Shown: piece by piece, positions 25,789 to 36,749 of the stretch
How positions within the stretch are numbered: the first letter of the stretch is position 1
How the letters are laid out: each line of letters starts with the position of its first letter
DNA from: Epiperipatus broadwayi
Lineage: Eukaryota; Animalia; Onychophora
Reading direction: 5' to 3'
NCBI GenBank assembly: GCA_028023455.1
Contig: JAQFVV010000001.1
Coordinates: 23,126,001 to 23,190,000, forward strand
DNA length: 64,000 nt
The notes under the pieces: model-generated
The model's input: the letters and a program-made list of their open reading frames with translations, nothing else
The model's database searches: none
Told to the model about the DNA's origin: nothing
Program-made: the position numbers and the translations under genes

Positions 25789-25830
25789 TTCTCACTGATG
25801 AAAAGTATAAGCTTGAAATTAGTCTGGGGA
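25789..25830 (+). ncRNA. Minimal type I hammerhead ribozyme motif, copy A
   Basis: TTCTCA-CTGATGA(25795)-AAAGTATAAGCTT-GAAA(25815)-TTA-GTC(25822)-TGGGGA. The core is intact and helix I pairs with G-U wobbles; helix II is out of register or weak. Confidence 0.72.
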
Positions 25831-26200
25831 TATTGGATAAAACAACACAAAATAAATTTATATTAAGCACTATTATCTGGCATCTATTGATTACTAAATC
25901 TTACAATAAATGGCCTAGTAATGATGATAGAAAAATTATGTATATGTAAGCTGGATTCATGTGATATTTTATTGGGTTATACCAAATCCTGGCCACATGT
26001 CAGAGGTGTCTATAGTTATTAAAAACTAAAGGCACATAAGATATAGAAGCTGAATTGGTTTCAGATCTATAGAACAATACAAGTAATTTACTAAGAGTGA
26101 AAACACATATATACTATTTAATTTAGGCTAATAGCTTGATAGTATATCAGAGAGATAAATGATGGTTTTTAAAGGGAGGGTGCAGCCAAGATTTAAAGAT

Positions 26201-26240
26201 CATCACAGATGAAAGTCATAAACTTGAAACTAGTCTGGGG
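26201..26240 (+). ncRNA. Minimal type I hammerhead ribozyme motif, copy B (core U4>A)
   Basis: CATCA-CAGATGA(26206)-AAGT-CATAA-ACTT-GAAA(26226)-CTA-GTC(26233)-TGGGG. It has a perfect 4-bp helix II and the palindromic ACTAGT helix III typical of minimal dimerising hammerheads. Confidence 0.72.
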
Positions 26241-26369
26241 TTATGGGATAGGACAGTACAGAATAGGGATGGGATTTATGAAGCTATATTATCTGGCATC
26301 TATTAATTATTAAAGCAATAAAATTTCATGCAAGGTTGTTCCAATGTATTCTGAAAGTACGATGACAAG

Positions 26370-26640
26370 ATCATAAGATTAACCAGTATTTTTTTAAGCT
26401 TTCTAAATTTGGTAATATAGAATCTATTGTTATAAGGGCATATCTTCTTTGCATTGGCTACCAAGTGATCTTCCAAAGTATTTTGTAATGAATGTTAATA
26501 TTGTTTTGATAGGAAAGGCAGACTGTGTTTATTTTATAATTATTCTCTTAAAGACAATCTCAAATAGTGCATTATTGATTGTTTTCTTTGGAGAAGGAGA
26601 AATATGAATAACTATATTTAGGCAAATTGTTAAAGTCTTT
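26370..26640 (-). mobile_element. L1/Tx1-like RT fragment
   Basis: Minus-strand QSAF...LEKA remnants with stops. Confidence 0.35.
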
Positions 26641-28188
26641 CAGAAAGAACTTTTTTTTTAATATATCATAAAACATTTTTATTTTTACTCTTTATTTTTG
26701 TTTATGGAATTAGAATGCCTATACTTATAATGTGTGGAGTGATTTATTTTCAAATGCATCTACACTTCAATGTCTCTTAGTATCAAACCCTATCTGCAAA
26801 GCAGTCAGGCAATGAATCTATAAATATATATAATAAAACACACCAATGTATAAGTAAATGTGGCAATACTGTATGGAGAGTTTTGCTCTGTTTACAGCTA
26901 ACTTACAGTATGCCTGCCATTTTCAGTAGCATTTGCATTTAGATTTTTTTTTTTTTAAAAATTCATTTTATTAATGACACACCACAATATATTTCCACAT
27001 AGATAGTCAATCTTCCATAATTTATGTGTATTTGTATAATTATATTGCTCATTTAATAAATTATCTGTCATATTTATGAAATATACCTCTGGTTTTTCTT
27101 TTCCTTAAATCATTTTTCTCATGCAAAATAAAAATATTGCCAAAACAAAAATTTTTTTTTCTAATAACTGAGTATTCTTTAAATATAGATTTTAATTTAT
27201 CCAACTTTTTATATAGGAATTTATGTTTATGAATTTTCTTTTAATGTACATAAATTATGGAAGATTGACTGAATTGGAAGATAACTGTTGAGTGATAATA
27301 ATGACACTGATATTTTTTTTATAATTCTAATTGTAAATGCTATTCATGATCAAAATCATTCTATAAACTGGCTTTACCTTTATTTATATATATTATATGT
27401 TGAAAATTGTAAAATTAATTTCACTGTTTTATCATATTATATATTATTTTGTTTGATATTGCACACACAATATTTGTATATATTGAGGTAATTTTATAGA
27501 TTCATAGATTTGTGGTCGACAGATGCGTGAATATGAAAATAGATATGCAAGAGTTAGTTGGATAAATGGATGGATAAATAAATACAATAGTTAATAAAAT
27601 TTATTTTTTATTAAATTTTACTATATCGAATTAAATTATTACTGCTTTATAATAATAATAAAAAATCTCTGTTTATTAAAGTTTTTTTTAATTTAATCGG
27701 GGGGGGGGGGTCGGGAGAGTGGGGGGGGAGATAATTAATAATATTATAAGTGAAATATTGAAGAAAAAATTGAATACTCAGAAAAGTTTATTTTAAAACT
27801 TTTGTGAAGAAAGATATCCTGAAATAAATAATTCCAGTACCAAAGTCATATTATTGAATCTGAAAAATTGGTGAATGAATCTTATAATTATTTCATAATA
27901 AATATTCTGTCAATTTTTTTATTCTGATAATATACATTTTTATAATTGGTTCCAAAATTAATATTAATAAATTGAAAGAATTTATAGTCATAATGTAAAC
28001 GAAATATTTTATAAATAATACGTTTTATATATACATTAGTGGATGTGCCATGAGCAAAAATATTCTTTTTTTGCTTACATTCATCTTGGAGGAAAGATAC
28101 TTGCTGATTAGTTAATTGTAGAGATTTCTATTCTATGCAACCTTATTGAAACATTTCATATAACATCTTATATTAATTATGTTTTATA

Positions 28189-28297
28189 GTCTTGCATTGG
28201 TGGTCGAGAGGTCAGCGCGACTGCCTTGCACTAGCAAGCAGTTGCCCGGGTTGCGGGTTCGCGTCCCGACCGATGCTATGATATTTAAACAAAAAAA
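28189..28297 (+). mobile_element. Complete ~109-bp tRNA-Gly-like mini-SINE
   Basis: GCATTGG...CCGATGC acceptor stem (28194-28276), A box TGGTCGAGAGG, B box GGTTCGCGTCC and A-tail. Perfect 14-bp TSD AATTATGTTTTATA (28175-28188, 28298-28311). Confidence 0.88.
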
Positions 28298-29127
28298 AAT
28301 TATGTTTTATAAAATGATATTCCCATTAATGAGTTCAGTATTATTGTTTGTTTGTTTGTTTTTTCGTTTTTTAAATTTACCAGTAATTAATTTTAGTAAT
28401 TAAGTTGTTATTTTAATAAAGCCTTTTTGTCATATAAAAAAAAATGTAGAATATTAATTAATACAACTATCATAAATATGTTTATTTTATATGTTTGTGT
28501 TGTTTTTAATCAAAAATATCATTTCAATAGTTTAAATGAATTTGACATAAAGAATGAGATTATATTATACCTGCCAGTAAATAACACTCCCATAAAAGTT
28601 TTTAATGGGTGTTTGTGTGTGCTGTAACATTTAAAAAAATGTGAATTTTAATTTTATTCTTTTCCTTAAACAAAAAAGACAGTGATAAAATTAAACATTT
28701 CAGCTTAAGATAACTTGTAATAACAACTTTAAAAAAATGCCAATCAGCATTTAAAATCTCTTTTAAATTGTTTTCATGTTTAATTAAATTTAAACATTCA
28801 TTGAATACCAAAAGTGTGTATAGATTTATTGAATATGTCATATGATTTTTATTGTATTAAATCATTGTAGCAGTATATCAAAAAGCTTGGAAATTTGTTA
28901 ACATTAAGTATTTGAAATAGCTATGCTACAAGCCATTCTTGTAAAATGATTAGCAGATAGATTGTCACAGATATTTTAATTTATTATAACTCAGGACATT
29001 AGCTCATCTAAATAAAGTTCTAAATTGCAGAATAAAAGTTTAATTGGAAAAAATAACTAATAGAATTTAGTCAAACAAATACTGATATTTGTCTGAAAGT
29101 TTGTGTTGATAATATTTTAGTTCTAAT

Positions 29128-29360
29128 TATATGTTGGATTATTTCCATCATCTAATATTATTTGTTGAATATTTTTTTAGAAAAATTAAACCTTATTTCA
29201 GCATATTCAGATTATTTATGTAGTACAATGTTTCAAAAGATATTATACTCCTCTCTTCTTCAGATATTGCAGGCTTGACCAATAAGAATCAAATCTGGGA
29301 CTTTAGATTCTTGAATATTGAATTTAAGATGACACTAATAATCAACTAGGTTATTCTGTC
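29128..29360 (-). mobile_element. tRNA-Lys-like SINE, family S1, copy 3
   Basis: Matches copies 1 and 2, including CTTAAATTCAATATTCAAGAATCTAAAGTCCCAG and the 3' AATATTAGATGATGGAAATA segment. Confidence 0.65.
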
Positions 29361-29577
29361 AATGGTAAATATCAGTAGAAATTTCATATATTTATCTAAG
29401 AGAGTCCTTCTGATTTCTCCACTTTTTTCTTAAGGTCATTTCCAAATATTATGAATTATCACATTATATTAAAGATTGTTTGCTATTATCATGTAGGCGG
29501 CTTCTTTAAATTTTCTTTTCACTTTGTCTTTTTTATTTAATAGATAAATATATGAAATTTGGATAACTATTGCCTTT

Positions 29578-29815
29578 GACAGAATAGCTTAGTTAGATAA
29601 AACATCATCTTAAATTTAATATTCATAAATCAAAGGTCCCAGATTAAATTCCCATGCTGGTATTACGTCGCTGATGAAGCGAACAACACTTAAGTAAAAG
29701 ATGATAATAATAATATTCGAAATGTTCTTTATAATAATCTCTGTGCTATTACTAATAGTTGAATGCATTTGAAAAGTTTAAATAATTTTTGAATTTTTCC
29801 AAAAACATTTAACAG
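29578..29815 (+). mobile_element. tRNA-Lys-like SINE, family S1, copy 4
   Basis: Head GACAGAATAGCTTAGTTAG...GGTCCCAGATTAAATTCCC; inverted relative to copy 3. Confidence 0.65.
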
Positions 29816-30114
29816 TTTTTTTCTTATTATTTCTCCAAAGAAAATGAAATTTTTTTAAGCCTTACATACACATGCATCCCCACAGCAAATACTAATATTT
29901 GCAATACCATACTCTATCGAACCCAATTTGCAAAGAACAATATTAGTTAATTTACTTCTGTAGTTCATATGCTTCCAATTACTTTCTAGGAACTTTTACT
30001 AGATATTCAACTTATTCATGATTACGTGATTTATCGAAATGCAAATTTTAACTCATTTTTGTATATGCTTCAACGGTAAAAAAAAAAATTATTCTTTTTT
30101 TTTTTTAAATATAG

Positions 30115-30145
<31 letters not shown>

Positions 30146-30222
30146 CAACAACAAAACATTATACAATAATTTTTAATATAAAAACTGAGTTTATGAAAAC
30201 TATATCAGCAGAGCTTCTGTAT

Positions 30223-31959
30223 TATAACGGGATTTGCCATTTTCCATATATATATATTATGCATATATGTAGTCTTGTACGATTGCGTGTGTGTATATAT
30301 AACGATACACGTATATGCATAATGGTTTAAAAGAATATCTATTCATAAATTATTCCATTTTATTGCCCCAGCACATTTATGAGCATCAATTTATGACCTC
30401 AAGCGCCAATCCCATATTTCTATAAGAATTATGCTGGGAGAACTGGAATACCAATATGGAAATGCCCCTGGGCTAGCTCTGCTCAGGGCTAGTGGTAGAA
30501 TTTACCGTCAGTAGATCTAACTCTCTCTTTTTTTTTTTTTACTTAAAAAAAGAACTCATAACATAAAAACAAAACAAAAAAAAAAATCATTCATTTTATA
30601 TACATTTATTAGCTATGATATTTACGTATGTATAAAAAAAAATATATTATTTACTTAAGTTAAACCAGTGTCTCTTTTAAATCAAAGATTCATATCAGTT
30701 TTCTTTTTTTCTTTGTTTGCTCCTTTCTCTTTTTGCCAAAACTCCCACACACACAATTATGCTATTATATGTATTTTGCACCGAAGATTTAATTGGCCTA
30801 ATTTATACACTAATAAAGTTCGTAGTAAATAGTTTGACCTCTCCGGGCAAAGAAAATAAATTTTAAGTTCACAATTGTCAAATAAATAGTTTTCTCAAAT
30901 TCGTGGAGTAAGCTTACTAAAAGTGACATATATAGTTGTAATTAGAAAGAAAATACCTGGTTTCCCTGGAGAATTGATCGAATCCTCTTGGTGAAAATGG
31001 AATCTCCGGTCCTTTGTCGGTGAACGAACTTTGTTTTTTTCTTTTTTTTTGAAGTTCGGGTTCCATGGCTAAAGTCTGTTTATTTATTTATTTATTTTCT
31101 TTCTCTTTTGGCGATTCAATATTGTTGCTTATTGAGGCGAATTCTCCGGGCTTGACGTCCCTTCTCCGCTATCGGCAGCTGCTATACATTCGGGGGCAAA
31201 GGGTTTGGACCCTCCGCACATTGAAGCCTCTACCCCAGCCTGACCATATTTTATCAAAATGTATATCCCGTTGACCGTCCGCTTTCTTCTACCTCCAAAC
31301 CTATACTAAATAATTAATTTAATTTTTCTTTAATTATCAAACTTATCTTTCTTTTCACTCTTTTTTTTTAATTATATTTCCATTCACATTCCATATGCCT
31401 TTGTTAAAATGCACCACAAAAGCTTTTTACACCTATTTCTTTCTAATTAATATTTAATTAGTATTAGACATTCCATGATTTTTATAATAATCACTTCCAT
31501 TGTTCTGCAAAATTAGTCTTCCATCTTGATATTTAAAGTTCTTTTGTTGACTTAATATGTATCTATTTAAAAGTTTATCAAACAAAATATTTTTTTATTT
31601 TTATTTTGTGAATTTTTCATTTTTAATGGTTCAAAAACGCACTCACACATATACATAGCGATGTGTATAGCTGGGTTTGGCAAAAGAGAGAAAAAAATCA
31701 GAGCAAGTGTATACCCCCCATACCTCTTCTATGAGTTCTTTTTAATTAAAATAACTAAATCAATTCTGTACAACCACACAAATGACCGTTGATTGTACAT
31801 CAAACTGTAAATATTAATTTTGTTAGTAAAGTAATATATATTTTTAATAATACGTTAGTAATAAGATATATATATATATATTTTAATAATGCGTTAAGTA
31901 TACGAATACGTGTTTGTCTAATTATCGCAACAGGGTTTGATTATACCTGCCCTGTTGCA
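30223..31959 (-). repeat. 3' LTR (1737 bp)
   Basis: Begins TGCAACAGGG just after the PPT and ends CCCGTTATA (CA mutated) next to the TSD; 31118-31959 matches 34151-34985. Confidence 0.8.
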
Positions 31960-32017
31960 ATACCCCCCTCCCGGAAGCCTTCAAATACGGCCTATGTATT
32001 TGAATGGCTCCTAAATA

Positions 32018-34150
32018 TCATGAACCGTTCATACCGGCATGAGGCTTGAGGGAACGAGCATTGTATGATCCTTTTACCTCCTGCCCAGTATTCACCCAGA
32101 ATGCATTATCCCCCTGATCCTTAACAATAGGGAAAGGTTCCTCATACAAACTGCAAAACTTCTTACAGATAAATTTCCCCGGTTCGCTCACATGTGGGGT
32201 TTTTACCATGACTAGGTCACCCACTTTAAACCGATGAGGCCTCTCCAGTGTATGTTTGTTTCTTTCCTGACTCCTTTTCAAAAGTGTATGATATGCCTGC
32301 TTTTGGTCCTCCTCCACATTTATTGGCTTTTCCTTTGGTCCTGGTATTTTGGCCTTGATTAATTTAGGGGCATGTTTCCTAAATTGGAGCCGCACGGGAG
32401 AGAACCCTGTGGATTCATTAACCACCCAATTTATGTAGTTCAGTATTTCTGGAATCTTTTTAATCCAACCTCGGTGATTAGTTGGGATGTATGTCCTAAA
32501 CAACCTACCCAACTCACGCATCACCCACTCACATGGGTTCGATTGTGGATTCCTAATTGATGTCAGTATGTGTTGGATCCCTGACTTCTGAACCCATGCT
32601 TTCCATTCTCCAGAGATAAATGGTGTGTCATGATCCGATAGGATGCTGTGAGGTTTTCCTATCACTGTAAAATATTCCTTTTCAAGGAGACGTATGGTGT
32701 TTTAGGTATTTGCTTGAGTCATGGGATATGCAGCCACAAATTTACTGAATAGATCATACACCACTAACAAATATTTTTTTTTATTAAAGGCGGGCAATGG
32801 TCCATAATAATCTATGCAATCATCTCACGTGGCTTCTTTGGAATTATGGAGGTCATTGGGCCTGTATAATTCGTATTAGCAGGCTTAGTTTTCTGGAAAA
32901 GTTCACATTGCCTGATCATTCTCACAACAGTCCAATGCATGCCTGGCCAATAAAACCACTGTCTGATCCACTTTTCGGTTTTCCATATCCCGCAGTGTCC
33001 ATATATTTGGTGGACATGAGTTACCACTGCATTCCGCATTTTCTGGGGTATTACAGGTCTCCAACTATCTGGTCCCCTTTTGGTTCTGTATTGGAGAACA
33101 GCTTGGTCAAGTTTGTATCGGTTGATCCAACTTCTGGATTCATCATTGTTTTTTTTTGTATTCCTTTCAGTTGTGCAATTATTTGACTTAACTGGGCATC
33201 CTCCCTCTGACACTGGGCTAATATCTTAAGGTCATTCTCTACCCCTTCATTAATCCTTAAGTCTATTCCTGCCACATATAAATTTTCAGCTTTTTAAGAT
33301 GACATGATGGCAAACGCACTGGGTTACGGCTAAGAGCATTAGCTACAATGTTATCTGACCCCTTACAATGCTTTACCTCGTAATTATACTCTTGGAGGTA
33401 TAGGCTCCACCGTACCAACCGACTATTTATCAGATAACTATTGTTAATAAATTCTAAACTCTTATGATCCGTAACCACAATTATTTTTGATCCCAACAAC
33501 AATGTGCGGAGTTTTTGGAATGACCAAACAATAGCCAAAGCTTCCTTTTCTGTGGCAGTGTAATGCTGCTCTGGACCCTTGAGCAACCTACTTAAGAAAT
33601 ACAGCACTTTTACCTGACCATCCTCTTGAATCTGTGATAAACTGTTGCTCCCAGCCCATATCCGCTGCTGTCAGTCTGCACTACAGAAGGTTTCTCAAAA
33701 TCGGGAAAAGCCAGCATTACATGTTTCATGAACCCTTGCTTCACCCTCTCAAATGCCTGGCTTTGCTTTTCATCCCACTCCCACACTACATCTTTTTTCA
33801 GTAATCTAATTAGTGGTTCCATATGTTGAGCAAACTGCTCCTGAAAACGGTTGTAGAAGTTACACATACCCAAAAAGGATCGTATCTGTTTTTTGGACCT
33901 AGGTGCTGGGAAACCTTCAATGGCTGAGATTTTATCTGGGTGTGGCTGGACACCCTGCGATCCTATAAGGTGGCCCAAGAATGTAACTTCCTCTTGAAAT
34001 AGCACACTTTTCTTCAGGTTTACCTTGATCCCTTTATTCCAACATTCCCTTAAAAACATTTCCACCTCTTTGGTATGTTCTTCCATAGTAGCCGATGCCA
34101 CCAATACATCATCCACATACTTTGTAACTATTTTCTTGACTTCAGCAGAT
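32018..34150 (-). pseudogene. gypsy pol remnant: RT C-half, RNase H, integrase
   Basis: KYVDD, FLGH, FLGMCNFY, QTDSSGYG, EKEALAI, TDH, the HHCC zinc region (H..GH.G...WPGM...C..CQ), SDHDTPF and PQSNP; split into four ORFs by stops and frameshifts. Confidence 0.92.
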
Positions 34151-34985
34151 AATATTGTTGCTTATTGAGACGAATTCTCCGGGCTTGACGTCCCTTCTCC
34201 GCTATCGGCAGCTGCTATACATTCGGGGGCAAAGGGTTTGGACCCTCCGCACGTTGATGCCTTTACCCCAGCCTGACCATATTTTATCAAAATGTATATC
34301 CCGTTGACCGTCCGCTTTCTTCTACCTCCAAACCTATACTAAATAATTAATTTAATTTTTCTTTAATTATCAAACTTATCTTTCTTTTCACTTTTTTTTT
34401 TAATTATATTTCCAATAACATTCCATATGCCTTTGTTAAAATGCACCACAAAAGCTTTTTACACCTATTTCTTTCCAATTAATATTTAATTAGTATTAGA
34501 CATTCCACGATTTTTATAATAGTCACTTCCATTGTTCTGCAAAATTAGTCTTCCATCTTGATATTTAAAGTTCTTTTGTTGACTTAATATGTATCTATTT
34601 AAAAGTTTATCAAACAAAATATTTTTTTTTTATTTTGTGAATTTTTCATTTTTAATGGTTCAAAAACGCACTCACACATATACATAGTGATGTATATAGC
34701 TGGGTTTGGCAAAAGAGAGAAAAAAATCAGAGCAAGTGTATAACCCCCCATACCTCTTCTATGAGTTCTTTTTAATTAAAATAACTAAATCAATTCTGTA
34801 CAACCATGCAAATGACCGTTGATTGTACATCAAACTGTAAATATTAATTTTGTTAGTAAAATAATATATATTTTTAATAATACGTTAGTAATAAGATATA
34901 TATATATTTTAATAATGCGTTAAGTATACGAATACGTATTTGTCTAATTATCGCAACAGGGTTTGATTATACCTGCCCTGTTGCA
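34151..34985 (-). repeat. Truncated 5' LTR (835 bp)
   Basis: Near-identical to 31118-31959 and fused directly to RT at AATATT. Confidence 0.9.
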
Positions 34986-36749
34986 GTATATATATATATG
35001 ATTGAAGTTTTTACTTATATTAGCTGATTTAATTTTTATAATTCATGAAATAAATCTTATAAGAACCTTAAAACAGTGATTATCATACTTGCCTACTATG
35101 TCTATGACTTCAATGTTTTATCATATGATCAGATCTAGGATTTTTTATCCATGTAAACAGAAAATGGGCATTCAGTTTATGAGGTTTTAGGTTAATCTAG
35201 ATTGGATTTTCTGAATATAAAAATGAAAAATAGTTAGTGTATAATATGATATGACCTTTCAATGGGAAGAGAGGTCTTACATTTCTGTTAAGTCCATGGA
35301 TTTTATAGATATTTAGAGTATTTTATACTTTGACATAACATTATCAATAATTCTCTTTTTCACTGTATTTTTCACTCATTTATTAAGTTATTGAGCCAGG
35401 TGGGAGAAGATCGAATAGAAAAAAACAAAAAACATTTTTACTCTTTAATAAAAATAGAAAATTGTGAAAAGCAAAATTGTAAGATAAATTGTTGACTTCT
35501 TTTATATAGAAAAATGATGATATTATAAAATTATTTATCATAAATTTGATGTACTCCAGCTGCAATTTAAATATTACAGCACCGCATCCCTCAGGCAGAG
35601 AAGCATAATACCCAGAAGGCACCTGTAGCCAGACTGAGGTTACACAAGGTATAACCTACAGCCATATTTCCAGGTTACAGAACTTCTCGACTGCTGAATT
35701 CAAATCCTGTCATTCAAAGTATTTTATTTGTTTTGAAGTAAACTTCAGGCACCAGTTAATTACAAGAAGTAACTAACATACTCTGAATGACCACTACTAA
35801 CTCAGTGCCTGATAAATCCCAAACTAGTTCAATGGAAACAAATGGAATAAACTACATGTCTAACTTCTTTGCTAAATTATTCTTAGTGGTATAATTAAAG
35901 AATTGACTGACAATAATTAACAGACAAGTACTTTATTGTAAATATTTTAAATAGACTTAATACTAAAACACTAAAACTTTTAGTCTACTTTTATACATTT
36001 TTTCAATTCAATAAACAATTATCACTTATATAATGAGCACACACTCTTATTTATAAAAAAATATACAATCATAATATAATATAAACCCATATATATGGAA
36101 CGCACACAAATTCGGACTTATAAACTAATCATTTCATGACCTCAAAGCTCTGTAACTATTTATTTGTTAAATTAGGAAACACGTGGACCCGCACATACTA
36201 TAGTTCATTATATGCTGGCTATAGAGTTCATTTAGTATATTGACTCTGGAGATACTCAAAGATTGCAATGGCTACTTATAGATTAATATAAAAAATTTAG
36301 GAATGGGCATAAGAAAATGTTAACGATAGGATTTTAAACATTGTGGCTTCTTGTTCTTTGCTGCTGCATGTGTGGTTTACCAACCAGTTGGATTTTAGAC
36401 TTCTGATGCAGTCCTGATGATTGTGGTTCTGGGCTATTTCTATTTCAGACAATTAGACATTCCTGGCAGCTTCAAATTGTTAAACGGCCATGGTTTCTAT
36501 CGGGCAGACTGCTGATGTTCTTGTGGATGAAGGCTGGAGCTCATCGCATGCTCCGATTTCTGTTCAGCACGGCATTATATTCATTGAAAAATAAGTCTAA
36601 TATGTGATTGACTCTAGATACGTGAATGACGAAATTTTTGGCGCTATTTATGTGATGATCTTGTTGTTATCTTTTAATTAATTTTTGAAATCCGCTAGTT
36701 ATTTTCATTATTCAAAATCCGTCCACTGCTTTTGTTGATTAAATTTTGG

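Larger units (their letters stand above)
23640..26315. repeat. ~411-bp hammerhead-bearing repeat array (one inverted partial unit plus ~1.5-2 direct units), interrupted by Merlin M2
   Basis: 23900-23985 matches 26120-26205. 25795-25905 matches 26206-26315, giving a period of 411. 23640-23899 is a reverse-complement unit that lacks the ribozyme core. Confidence 0.75.
30223..34985 (-). mobile_element. Ty3/gypsy LTR retrotransposon with large internal deletion
   Basis: 4-bp TSD GTAT (30219-30222, 34986-34989). Two LTR copies differ by about 2% (by eye). Polypurine tract at 31960-31975 and RT-RNaseH-integrase gene order. Confidence 0.92.

Noticed and set aside
28194-28276. Functional tRNA (including an amber-suppressor reading of the CTA loop)
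   Set aside because: There is no 7-nt anticodon loop on a 5-bp stem, and the A-tail and 14-bp TSD indicate a retroposed SINE.
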